Source of the DNA: Bacteroidia bacterium
Lineage (GTDB): Bacteria > Bacteroidota > Bacteroidia > J057 > JANRLA01
Direction: 5' to 3'
DNA length: 64,000 nucleotides
Assembly (NCBI GenBank): GCA_033763015.1
Contig: JANRLA010000131.1
Coordinates: 19,601-83,600 of the forward strand
The notes beneath the pieces were generated by a model that was not told the origin of the DNA, searched no databases, and saw only the letters and a program-made list of their open reading frames with translations. Below are positions 1 through 9,678 of the stretch, piece by piece (the stretch's first letter is position 1; each line of letters starts with the position of its first letter). A program made the position numbers and the translations under genes.

Positions 1-258
1 ACCACGGTTGCCCAAAACCGCGTGCAGCACCTGCACGACATGCTTACCGCCCAGATCTGCGAAGCCACCGGCGGCCCCGAGAAGTACACCGGCCTGAACA
101 TGAAAAAGGCCCACAAAGGCATGGGCGTTACCGACGAAGCCTTCGCGGCGCTGGTCGAGGACTTTGTGAAGGCCTTCAATGACTTCAACATCCCCCAAAA
201 GGAGCAAGACGAAATCCTGGCCCTGCTGGCACCCATGAAGAAAGACATGGTGAAGTAA
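1..258 (+). CDS. truncated (2-on-2) hemoglobin, group I-like; 5'-partial at window edge
   Basis: Frame 1 is open from nt 1. The C-terminal part reads ATGGPEKYTGLNMKKAHKGMGVTDEAFAALVEDFVKAF, which matches the GGP-x-x-Y-x-G-x-x-M-x-x-x-H core of bacterial truncated globins. Stop at 256-258. Confidence 0.7.
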   Translation, partial: TTVAQNRVQHLHDMLTAQICEATGGPEKYTGLNMKKAHKGMGVTDEAFAALVEDFVKAFNDFNIPQKEQDEILALLAPMKKDMVK

Positions 259-281
259 ACCTACCTCCACCACTGCAACCG

Positions 282-306
282 AAAAGGGCCCCAGTGGGGC
301 CCTTTT
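282..306. terminator. bidirectional rho-independent terminator between convergent globin and nuoG genes
   Basis: Perfect 11-bp stem AAAAGGGCCCC / GGGGCCCTTTT with loop AGT. T-rich on the plus strand and A-rich upstream, so a U-tract results in either orientation. Confidence 0.7.
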
Positions 307-330
307 CTATTTCTAGACAGACGCTGCCGA

Positions 331-2046
331 CTACGGCAATGCGAACTCGAACTGGCTCATTTTGAAGGCCTCTTTGCGGGCGCGTTTGGGCACCTTGAGG
401 TTTGCCAGCGGCGCATAGGCGGTTTTGATGGCCTGGAAGACAGTGGAGTGGTCGGTATGGATGAAATCTACGTCGAGCTCCAGGGCCAGCTTGCTCACCA
501 GGAGCCAGCTGGGCAGGCAATCGGTGATGTGCTCAGGGCTGCGCCAGTTGTCGATGGGTACCCCGCCTGCGTCGAGGCGGCTTTTGGGCAGCGACATCCA
601 CATCTCGGGGGTCATGCGCCGGATTTGGAGGGCCTGCAGGGCAAGTTGCGGCACCTGCTTGGTGTTCAGGTAGACCCCGTGGCCCTCGAGGTGGGTGGCT
701 GCCGGCAGTACCACCGCTGCGTGCTCGTGGCCCGCGAAGTAGTTGGTGGCGTGCACAATGAACGGCAGTTTGCCAAAGTGCCCACTGAGCTGGTTTGCCA
801 GGGGCGTGTCTTCGAGCATGTACACCAGGGTGTAATTGCCGCTGGCTACCTCGGCCTCTATCTGGGCTGGGGTGGCGGCTTTCAGGCCCACCAGCTCGCA
901 GCCTGCGGCATTGGGGGTGCGGTCGTCTTTGCGTAAAAACATATCGCCCCAGCCGGTTTGGGTATGGGTAGCGTAATGTACCGTGTTGGCGCCCAGCGCA
1001 GTGGCCAGGACTTTGAGCGCGTGGTTAGACTCAACGGACGCGTAGGCAGAGCCCAAGAAGAGCGTTTTGCCTCGGTGCTGGCCTAGCAGTGTAGCCGCCT
1101 GCTGCATACCCTCTTCAAAGGAGACCGGCAGGTCGGTTTTTAGTTTTACGCCCGATACGCGGCCCTCGTTGAAGCGCGGGTAGTCCAGCCGGCCCTCGTC
1201 GCACATCCAGTACTGGTTTACGGCCGGATTTTCGCGCGGCGTGTGGCGGAGCACTTCGTTGTCGCGCACCCAAACATCTACGTTGCAGCCGTTGCTACAG
1301 CCGGTGCAGATGGTGGGGGTGTAGTTCATCTCCCACACCCGGGCCTTGAACCGGAAGTCGCGGCTGGTGAGGGCCCCCACCGGGCACAGGTCGATGACAT
1401 TCATCGAGTAGGGGTCATCGAAGGTCTTGCCCGGAGCGGTTGCCGGGAAGTTGGTAACGCCCCGCGAGTGGATGGAGAGTTGGTTAGTGCCCGAGATTTC
1501 TTCGGTAAAGCGCGTACAGCGGGTACAGTTAATGCAGCGTTCGGCGTCTAGCTTCACGTTGGGGCCCAGGTCTATCTCTTTGGGCTTGTGCACTTTGTGC
1601 AGCTCAAAGCGCGAGCCTTCGGGGCCGTACTTGTAGGTCCAGATCTGGAGCGGGCACTCGCCGGCCTGGTCGCAGATCGGGCAATCGAGCGGGTGGTTGA
1701 TGAGCAGAAACTCAAGTACCCCCTCTTGTGCCTTTTTGATGACCGGGCTTACGCGGCCGGTCTCCACGTACATATCGGGGGCTAGGGGCTGGTTACAGGC
1801 CGTGGCGGGCTTGCGGCCCCAGCCGATTTTGGGGTTGCCCTGCTCGTCTTTGAGCACTTCGCCGGTGGCCCGGTCTTTCATCGGGAAACCTACGTTTACC
1901 AAGCACATCCGGCAGTTGGTCGGGGTGCTCATGGCGGGGTGGTAGCAGAAATAGGGTATCTCTACCCCACTGGTAAGGGCAAATTCCAGTAGACGACCTT
2001 CACCTTCGTAGGTGTACGCTTTGCCATCGATCGTAATCTGGGGCAT
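331..2046 (-). CDS. nuoG: NADH-quinone oxidoreductase subunit G (NuoG/Nqo3-like Fe-S subunit), 571 aa
   Basis: N-terminal 2Fe-2S pattern (FCYHPAMSTPTNCRMC), followed by HPLDCPICDQAGEC, CINCTRCTRF and DLCPVGAL cluster motifs. Begins MPQITIDGK as NuoG proteins typically do. Confidence 0.85.
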   Translation of the reverse strand: MPQITIDGKAYTYEGEGRLLEFALTSGVEIPYFCYHPAMSTPTNCRMCLVNVGFPMKDRATGEVLKDEQGNPKIGWGRKPATACNQPLAPDMYVETGRVSPVIKKAQEGVLEFLLINHPLDCPICDQAGECPLQIWTYKYGPEGSRFELHKVHKPKEIDLGPNVKLDAERCINCTRCTRFTEEISGTNQLSIHSRGVTNFPATAPGKTFDDPYSMNVIDLCPVGALTSRDFRFKARVWEMNYTPTICTGCSNGCNVDVWVRDNEVLRHTPRENPAVNQYWMCDEGRLDYPRFNEGRVSGVKLKTDLPVSFEEGMQQAATLLGQHRGKTLFLGSAYASVESNHALKVLATALGANTVHYATHTQTGWGDMFLRKDDRTPNAAGCELVGLKAATPAQIEAEVASGNYTLVYMLEDTPLANQLSGHFGKLPFIVHATNYFAGHEHAAVVLPAATHLEGHGVYLNTKQVPQLALQALQIRRMTPEMWMSLPKSRLDAGGVPIDNWRSPEHITDCLPSWLLVSKLALELDVDFIHTDHSTVFQAIKTAYAPLANLKVPKRARKEAFKMSQFEFALP

Positions 2047-2201
2047 GGGGCAGGGGTGTGGGGGGTAGTACGGTGTGCTAAACTACACCGGGGCAGGGTC
2101 GTGGGCAATGCACCGGGTGGTATTTAGACCCAGTTGGGGGCTGCAGGGCCCCACAGAGCGTAGTATGTCTTTTCTTTGAGCGACCACCAACCCGCCACAC
2201 C

Positions 2202-3104
2202 GTGCTAGAGGCCCCCTTTTTTTCGCAGACCCTGCTGCCCATCACCCTGTTCTTGATTACCCTGAGCATCGCGACAACGCTTGAGCTGGCCGACTTTAAA
2301 AACATCTTTCGGCACCCCAAGCCGGTTAGCATTGGGCTGGTGGCGCAGATGGTGCTCCTGCCAGCGGTTGGGTTCCTCATTGCCTTCGTCTTTCCGCTGC
2401 CAGCGCCCATGCAGGTGGGCCTCATCATCATCGCGGCGGCGCCGGGCGGGGCCACGGCCAACCTGATTAACCACCTGCTGCGGGGCAACGTGGCGCTCTC
2501 ACTCACGCTCACGGCCCTGAACAGTGTGCTCATTCTGGTAAGCATCCCGCTGCTGGTGGGCCTGGCGCTGCGGGTGTTCCTGGGCGAGGGCAACACGGTG
2601 CAGTTGCCACTGCACACGGCGCTACAGGAAATACTACTCGTTACCATCGTGCCCACCACCCTGGGCGTGGTTGTGCGCACCAAGTTCAGGGCCCTGGCCG
2701 AGCGGCTGGAGCCCCCCCTGCGCATCGCACTGCCCATCTTGCTGGCGGTTGTCTTTCTGGGGGTCATTTTCCTCGATCCCTCCGAAACCCCACTGGGCCT
2801 CTCGGACTACACGGGCGTGTTTTTGCCGACGCTGCTGCTGAACCTGAGCACGATGCTGGTGGGCTTTTACTTCTCGCGGTTTGCGGGCCTGAGCCGCCGC
2901 AACAGTTTCACCATTTCGATCGAAGTAGGGCTGCACAACTCGGCCCTCGCGGTCTTTATCGCAGCAAGCCTCTTGGGCAGTAAAGAGCTGGCCGTCGTGC
3001 CGCTGGTGTACGCTACGTTTTCGTTTTTCACGACTGCCGGGATGGGCTACCTGCTCAAGACCTACACCCCGCGCGTGCTGCGGAAAGCACCCGTAAATCG
3101 CTGA
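2202..3104 (+). CDS. bile acid:sodium symporter (BASS/ACR3 superfamily) membrane transporter
   Basis: 300-aa polytopic protein containing AAAPGGATANLINHLLRGNVALSLTLT, typical of the SBF/BASS family. Starts with GTG. Confidence 0.7.
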   Translation: MLEAPFFSQTLLPITLFLITLSIATTLELADFKNIFRHPKPVSIGLVAQMVLLPAVGFLIAFVFPLPAPMQVGLIIIAAAPGGATANLINHLLRGNVALSLTLTALNSVLILVSIPLLVGLALRVFLGEGNTVQLPLHTALQEILLVTIVPTTLGVVVRTKFRALAERLEPPLRIALPILLAVVFLGVIFLDPSETPLGLSDYTGVFLPTLLLNLSTMLVGFYFSRFAGLSRRNSFTISIEVGLHNSALAVFIAASLLGSKELAVVPLVYATFSFFTTAGMGYLLKTYTPRVLRKAPVNR

Positions 3105-3146
3105 GCCTCTGGTGTCTACCCATTTTTAGTAGCTTGAACAAAACCT

Positions 3147-4016
3147 TTGCCGATGTACATAGCCAACCCACCCCGCAGCGTGCCGCCCACTACCCGGCTG
3201 GTAGTGCTCTTTGGCGGAGTGCTGCAGCAGATCGGATTTCTGTTCCTGCTCTTTGGCATCCCCTTTACGTTCGCGTTTCTGCCGCTGCGGACGGTCATTG
3301 GCGGCCTTGCCGGGTCGCCTAACCGCGAGACCACCGGTACCGTGACCCTAGCTGAGCCCACCGGCGCTTCAGAGAACGATGTAACGGTGTACAAGAACAC
3401 CTTTACCTTCACCGCCGACGACGGCAAGCGCTACACCGGTAGCTCGTACACCACCGGCCAGGGGGTAGAGGCGGGGGAAAGCGTTACGGTGCGCTACCGG
3501 AGCAGCGACCCCACCTGGGCCGTGATCGAAGGCCAGCGGATGGGGCTCTTCCCGGTGTGGGTCGGGTTCATGATTCTCATCTTCCCTGCTGCCGGAGGGC
3601 TGGTTGCCTGGCTGGGCTTACGGAATCGGCCCCGTGCCCTTCGGCTGCTGGCCAACGGCCACTACGCCACGGGCAAGCTCGTGAGCAAGGAGCCGACCAA
3701 CACCCGCATCAACAACCGCACGGTGATGAAGCTCACGTTTGAGGTGAGCTTGCCCAGTGGCCGGGCGTTCCAGGCCACGGCACAACACCACCTGCCCGAA
3801 AAGCTGGAAGATGAAGCCGAAGAGCCCCTGCTGTACCTGGAAGACTCCCTAGGCGGCTACCAGGCCCAGCTGCTCGACGAGCTACCGGGTAACATCCGGT
3901 TCGATACCAACGGCAACATCACGGCAGCGCCCGTGGGCCAGGCCATTGGGGCCGCACTCCTGCCGGTGCTCTGCGGGGTAGCCGTGGTCGTAGGGCTGGC
4001 CTTGGCCCTACCCTAG
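3147..4016 (+). CDS. DUF3592-like membrane protein (two TM-flanked beta-rich modules)
   Basis: A TM helix is followed by TGTVTL...VTVYKNTFTFTADDGKRYTGSSYT...VTVRYRSSDP, then TM helices and a second similar module (ATGKLVSKEPTNTRINNRTVMKLTFEV). The protein ends in a C-terminal TM helix. Confidence 0.55.
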   Translation: MPMYIANPPRSVPPTTRLVVLFGGVLQQIGFLFLLFGIPFTFAFLPLRTVIGGLAGSPNRETTGTVTLAEPTGASENDVTVYKNTFTFTADDGKRYTGSSYTTGQGVEAGESVTVRYRSSDPTWAVIEGQRMGLFPVWVGFMILIFPAAGGLVAWLGLRNRPRALRLLANGHYATGKLVSKEPTNTRINNRTVMKLTFEVSLPSGRAFQATAQHHLPEKLEDEAEEPLLYLEDSLGGYQAQLLDELPGNIRFDTNGNITAAPVGQAIGAALLPVLCGVAVVVGLALALP

Positions 4017-5005
4017 AGCCACTTCTTGCGTCGGAACCAGATGTAGATGACTACCGTGACGCTGACCATGAGCAGGATGCTGAACAGGTAGCCGTACGTC
4101 CAATCGATTTCGGGCATGATGCGGAAGTTCATGCCGTAAATGCCCGCTATAAAGGTCAGGGGCAGGAAGAAGACACTGAAAACGGTAAGTACCCGCATGA
4201 CCTCGTTGTTGCGGTGGCTCGAGATGCTGATGTACATGTTCATCAGGTTGTTCGAGTCTGAAAGCAGCTCGTCGGTCTGGAACGTGAGGGCATCAATGGC
4301 CTCGCGCAAGTCTTGCAGCCGGGCATCGGGGCCGGGACCCAGGTGCACGTCCAGTTGCAGGAGTACGTTCTGCTGCAGCCGCAACAGCTTACGGATCAGG
4401 GCCAGTTCGCGCTTGAATTTGTAAAAGCGCTTGAAACCAAAGGGCCGCTTTTGTTGGGTGAACACCCGCTGCTCGTAGCGGTCCATCTGCTCCTCCATGC
4501 GGTCTACCGGCTTCTGGTAGGTATCGATCACGGCATCGACCAGGTAGAGCAGCAGGGCCATGGGCTTTTTGTCCTGGCGCCGCAGGTTGTTGATCCACCG
4601 GGCCTTGCACTGCTCGAAGAAAGGCATGGGGGCCCGGTGGATGGTGAGCACAAAGTCTTTGCCGATGAACAGCGCCAGTTTGCGGCTCAGGTCTACTACG
4701 TGCTCTACCTGCTGCTTAAACCGCGTTTCGTCGTAGGGCCTGAGGATGAGGAACAGCACCTCGCCCAGGCGCTCAAACTTGGGCAGGTGCCGCAGCTCCA
4801 TGACGTCTTCAATGGCCAGGGGCGGGATGCCGTAATCGAAGGCCAGGCCCTCGAGTTCGGCGGCCTCGGGCTGGGTCACATCTATCCACCGAAAGGTCTT
4901 GTCGGGTGTCTGGTAGATGGTCTCAATCACGGCTGCCAAGCTAGCGGTTTTGGTCACCTGCCGCAAAAGCTGGTGCTTGCGTGGCCAACAGGCACAACGC
5001 ACCAA
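4013..5005 (-). CDS. corA: CorA-family magnesium/cobalt transporter
   Basis: C-terminal FFLPLTFIAGIYGMNF motif plus two terminal TM helices. The start is uncertain: the longest ORF begins at TTG 5005, and GTG 4957 or GTG 4933 (MIETIYQ...) are plausible alternatives. Confidence 0.85.
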   Translation of the reverse strand: MVRCACWPRKHQLLRQVTKTASLAAVIETIYQTPDKTFRWIDVTQPEAAELEGLAFDYGIPPLAIEDVMELRHLPKFERLGEVLFLILRPYDETRFKQQVEHVVDLSRKLALFIGKDFVLTIHRAPMPFFEQCKARWINNLRRQDKKPMALLLYLVDAVIDTYQKPVDRMEEQMDRYEQRVFTQQKRPFGFKRFYKFKRELALIRKLLRLQQNVLLQLDVHLGPGPDARLQDLREAIDALTFQTDELLSDSNNLMNMYISISSHRNNEVMRVLTVFSVFFLPLTFIAGIYGMNFRIMPEIDWTYGYLFSILLMVSVTVVIYIWFRRKKWL

Positions 5006-5057
5006 CGATACCTAGGCGTAGGCCCGTCAGGCGCCGCTAGAGTGCTGCTAGAGCGGT

Positions 5058-5738
5058 TTAGTTGAGCTCGGGGCGCACGGGGTAGCGGGCGTTGGGGCCG
5101 CCATAGCCCATGGTGAGGGCGTACTTCGTGAGCCGGTCGCGCAGGATGTTGCGGCCCCGGTGCAGGCGTGAACGCACGGTGCCCACGGGTATATCGACGA
5201 TCTCGGCGATCTCTTCGTAGCTGAACTCTTCGATGTCGCAGAGCACGACCACGACCCGGTAGTCGACGGGCAACTCGCGTATGGCACGTGCTACCTCGTC
5301 TGACATCAGGTTCTGGATCCACGTGTCCTGGCTGCTGTGCTGAATGAGCGTAGGCTCGGGCCGAGTCTCGGCACTGATGGCCTTCTCGATGTCGATCTGG
5401 GCGGGGGTGCGCTTTTTGCGCCGGTACTCGTTGATGAAGTTGTTTTTCAGGATGCGGTAGAGCCACGCTTTGGCGTTGCTGCCGGCCTGGAAGTTGCCGA
5501 TGTAGCGGCAGGCCTTGAAGTAGGTTTCCTGCACCAGGTCGGCGGCCAATTCTTCGTCGCCGGTAAGCTTGTAGGCAAAGCGGAACAGCAGGTCGGCGTG
5601 GGGCAAGAGCTCACGTTCCAGCAGCGCATCCTGGTCGACGGTCAGCGGAACAAACCGTGGCTCGTCGGGGCTGGTACTTGTGCTGGCAGCAGCGGCGCTG
5701 GTGGCCAGGTACCTGAAACTGTTGTGCGGGGTCGTCAT
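5058..5738 (-). CDS. ECF (sigma-70 family, group IV) RNA polymerase sigma factor with about 45-aa N-terminal extension
   Basis: Region 2 (DLVQETYFKACRYIGNFQAGSNAKAWLYRILKNNFINEYRRKKR) and region 4 (ELPVDYRVVVVLCDIEEFSYEEIAEIVDIPVGTVRSRLHRGR) are both recognisable. Confidence 0.85.
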   Translation of the reverse strand: MTTPHNSFRYLATSAAAASTSTSPDEPRFVPLTVDQDALLERELLPHADLLFRFAYKLTGDEELAADLVQETYFKACRYIGNFQAGSNAKAWLYRILKNNFINEYRRKKRTPAQIDIEKAISAETRPEPTLIQHSSQDTWIQNLMSDEVARAIRELPVDYRVVVVLCDIEEFSYEEIAEIVDIPVGTVRSRLHRGRNILRDRLTKYALTMGYGGPNARYPVRPELN

Positions 5739-5871
5739 CGCTGTATGGTTGTTTGTACAACTAATATACGACTAACTGTCGTATGAGAATTATTCCCATT
5801 CCAAAAAAAGCGTTAACAGCTGCCCGTAAGCCCCTGGTGGCGGTTTGCGCAGGGGTTACGAGCTTTGCAGT

Positions 5872-6276
5872 ATGGACGGCACACCGGTGGTAGAGCTGAT
5901 GAAGGAGTTTCGGTTCGAGGCCGCGCACTGGCTGCCAGGCTTTGCCGAAGGGCACAAATGCCGGCGACTGCACGGCCACAGTTTCCGGATTGAGGTCTGG
6001 GTAGAAGGCCCCATCAGCCCCACGACGGGCGTTTACCTCGACTACGCCGACATTAAAGCGGCCGTAAGCCCCACCATTGCACAACTAGACCACTACTGCC
6101 TCAACGACCTGGGCGAAGCCTGGAACGAGCCCCTACTGCGCAACCCCAGCGCCGAAAACCTGGCCGTATGGCTCTGGCGGCGCATCCAGCCCTCCCTGCC
6201 CGGCCTGGTGCGCATCGTGGTCGACGAAACCTGTACCAGCCGCTGCGTGTACCGGGGGCGCCACACCGGCGCCTAG
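5872..6276 (+). CDS. queD: 6-carboxy-5,6,7,8-tetrahydropterin synthase
   Basis: FRFEAAHWLPGFAEGHKCRRLHGHSF matches the QueD Cys / His-x-His zinc motif. ATG 5872 is preferred because a near-consensus -7 box (GAGCTTTG) ends 4 nt upstream of it. Confidence 0.85.
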   Translation: MDGTPVVELMKEFRFEAAHWLPGFAEGHKCRRLHGHSFRIEVWVEGPISPTTGVYLDYADIKAAVSPTIAQLDHYCLNDLGEAWNEPLLRNPSAENLAVWLWRRIQPSLPGLVRIVVDETCTSRCVYRGRHTGA

Positions 6277-6277
6277 C

Positions 6278-7375
6278 CTACACGACCTGCACTTCGCGCT
6301 CAAGCTCAATGCCGAATTTGGCCTCGACATCGGCCTCGATGGCTTCGGCTACCTTCAGTACATCGGCCCCCGTAGCCCCACCGTGGTTGACCAGCACCAG
6401 CGCGTGCTTGTCGTAGGTGCCTACCGGGCCCAGCCGTTTGCCCTTCCAGCCGCACTGCTCTATAAGCCACGCCGCCGGGATTTTGACGCCCGAGCCATCC
6501 CTCTTCGGGTAGTTGGGTGCCGTGGGGTGCGCCTTGAGCAGTGCCTCGGCCTGGGCTACGTCCACAACAGGGTTTTTGAAGAACGAGCCCGTGTTGCCCA
6601 ACAGGTAGGGGTCGGGCAGTTTGCTCTGCCGGATAGCGATGACGGTTTCGCAGACATCGCCCAGGGTGGGCTCGTAGATTTTGCGCTCGTGCAGCGCATC
6701 CTTCAGCGCGGGGTAGTCGAGCCGAAGGCGGGGGTTTTTGGTTCGTTGCAGCCGGAAGACGACCGACGTAACGCAGTAGCGGCTTCGGTTATCGGGGTGC
6801 TTAAACACCGAGTCGCGGTAGCCAAACCGGCATTCGGCGTTGGTGAAAACCACGAACTCGTCCTCAAAGAAGTCGTAGGCATTCACCCGCTCGATGCAAT
6901 CGGCCACTTCGGCGCCGTAGGCCCCGATGTTCTGGATGGGTGCGCCCCCTACGGTGCCCGGGATCAGGGCCAGGTTCTCGATGCCTGCCCAGCCCCGCTG
7001 CACGGCGTAGAGCACAAAGTCGTGCCAATCTACCCCCGCACCCGCCTCGACGAAGTAGTACTCGGGGTCTATGCTGGCAATGGAAATGTAGTCGATGGCT
7101 ACGTGGATGATGAGGCCGGGGTAGTCGCCCCGAAACAGGATGTTGCTGCCACCGCCCAGCATAAAACGCGGGTTCTCCTGGAACGGGCGCTTGGCCACCA
7201 GTTCGGCCACCTGGGCGGGGTGCGTCACCTTGACGTAGTACCGCCCACGGGCACGCACGCCGAAGGTATTGAGCCGGTCGAGCGGGTAGTCGTTGTGGAT
7301 AGACAACGGCAGCGTAAGCGGCGGAGCGGGTGCGGCAACTGGCATGCTGGGGCTCAAGATAGCGCGAAGGCCCAA
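6278..7375 (-). CDS. murB: UDP-N-acetylenolpyruvoylglucosamine reductase
   Basis: FAD-binding region (MLGGGSNILF), the GAPIQNIGAYG motif and a C-terminal GSFFKNP...AAWLIEQCGWKG segment typical of MurB. Confidence 0.85.
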   Translation of the reverse strand: MGLRAILSPSMPVAAPAPPLTLPLSIHNDYPLDRLNTFGVRARGRYYVKVTHPAQVAELVAKRPFQENPRFMLGGGSNILFRGDYPGLIIHVAIDYISIASIDPEYYFVEAGAGVDWHDFVLYAVQRGWAGIENLALIPGTVGGAPIQNIGAYGAEVADCIERVNAYDFFEDEFVVFTNAECRFGYRDSVFKHPDNRSRYCVTSVVFRLQRTKNPRLRLDYPALKDALHERKIYEPTLGDVCETVIAIRQSKLPDPYLLGNTGSFFKNPVVDVAQAEALLKAHPTAPNYPKRDGSGVKIPAAWLIEQCGWKGKRLGPVGTYDKHALVLVNHGGATGADVLKVAEAIEADVEAKFGIELEREVQVV

Positions 7376-7420
7376 CCCGCTGGTCGAGGTAAGATTAAGC
7401 CTGTGTGAAACGGGCTGGCA

Positions 7421-8215
7421 TTAGTCACCCCGCCGCCGAAACAACTTACCTACTTGTACAAATGGCCACTTGGCGTACCACAGAGCTGAACCCAAGATGG
7501 AGCTTGGTCGAGACCGAACTATCAAAACCTCTCCAGTCAATGTAGCGCCCCAAAATTCAAGCTGAATTATTTTCAGGGAATCCGAAACTATATTCTTCAA
7601 ATCAATCGATTGGCGATACGTGTAGAAAGAGAAACTAGCTACCCGTAGGTGAATTACTTCTGTTCGAAAATTGGATATGTCGAACGAAAAGGATCCGCTT
7701 TCATCTGTATACAAGCCAGCTAATACCTTTCCGTGTGTAGATTCAATCACAACTGTTGCCATATTTACTGGTATCCCATCCTGATCCAGTACTAATCCCT
7801 TTAATACGGGTGTTTCTTCTTTATTTCCCTTAGTTAAACTACCAATTGGGGACTGTGAAATCGGTGTTTGGGTAAGGCCTTGAAGTGGCGGGAGTGCTAC
7901 CACGAGTGCAGCCGCAAGTGGCCACTTAAAAATTGAATTAGGATAGGATACCTTCGAATCCGCACCAAACGAATGCTTTAGCTGTGCCTTCGAAATCCTA
8001 CCACAAACCCGAGTAGCGCCTTGCCGATCGATGTAATCTGTGATACGCGCGTCGCTCCAGCCCGTAAAGTCAATGACCTCCTTCTGGCAACTGGCACAGA
8101 ATCGACCACGCTCGGTGGGCATCATATCTGCCCAGCGCTCGTGGCACGGGGTAGGGATTCGCAGTTGGTACGACTTCGAACCCGACATATCCCCTAATCT
8201 ACCGAAACTGGCCAA
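7421..8215 (-). CDS. hypothetical protein: N-terminal Cys-rich motif, TM segment and carboxypeptidase-regulatory-like domain (low-GC gene)
   Basis: N-terminus reads PCHERWADMMPTERGRFCASCQKEVIDFT. A hydrophobic segment follows, then LKGLVLDQDGIPVNMATVVIE...YTDESGSFSF (CarboxypepD_reg-like). An alternative start exists at ATG 8188. Confidence 0.6.
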   Translation of the reverse strand: MASFGRLGDMSGSKSYQLRIPTPCHERWADMMPTERGRFCASCQKEVIDFTGWSDARITDYIDRQGATRVCGRISKAQLKHSFGADSKVSYPNSIFKWPLAAALVVALPPLQGLTQTPISQSPIGSLTKGNKEETPVLKGLVLDQDGIPVNMATVVIESTHGKVLAGLYTDESGSFSFDISNFRTEVIHLRVASFSFYTYRQSIDLKNIVSDSLKIIQLEFWGATLTGEVLIVRSRPSSILGSALWYAKWPFVQVGKLFRRRGD

Positions 8216-8239
8216 TACCCGCTACCTCAGGCCTTGTAC

Positions 8240-9625
<1,386 letters not shown>

Positions 9626-9678
9626 GCAGATAGCGGCTTTTTGGCAAAGCTGCGCGAAGATAGCCCCTTGGCGCCCGG

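Noticed and set aside
6383-7408. 341-codon ORF on the plus strand, antisense to murB
   Set aside because: It is a typical high-GC shadow ORF, with Gly/Val/Ala/Arg-rich low-complexity translation and no motifs. It fully overlaps a gene with clear MurB motifs.
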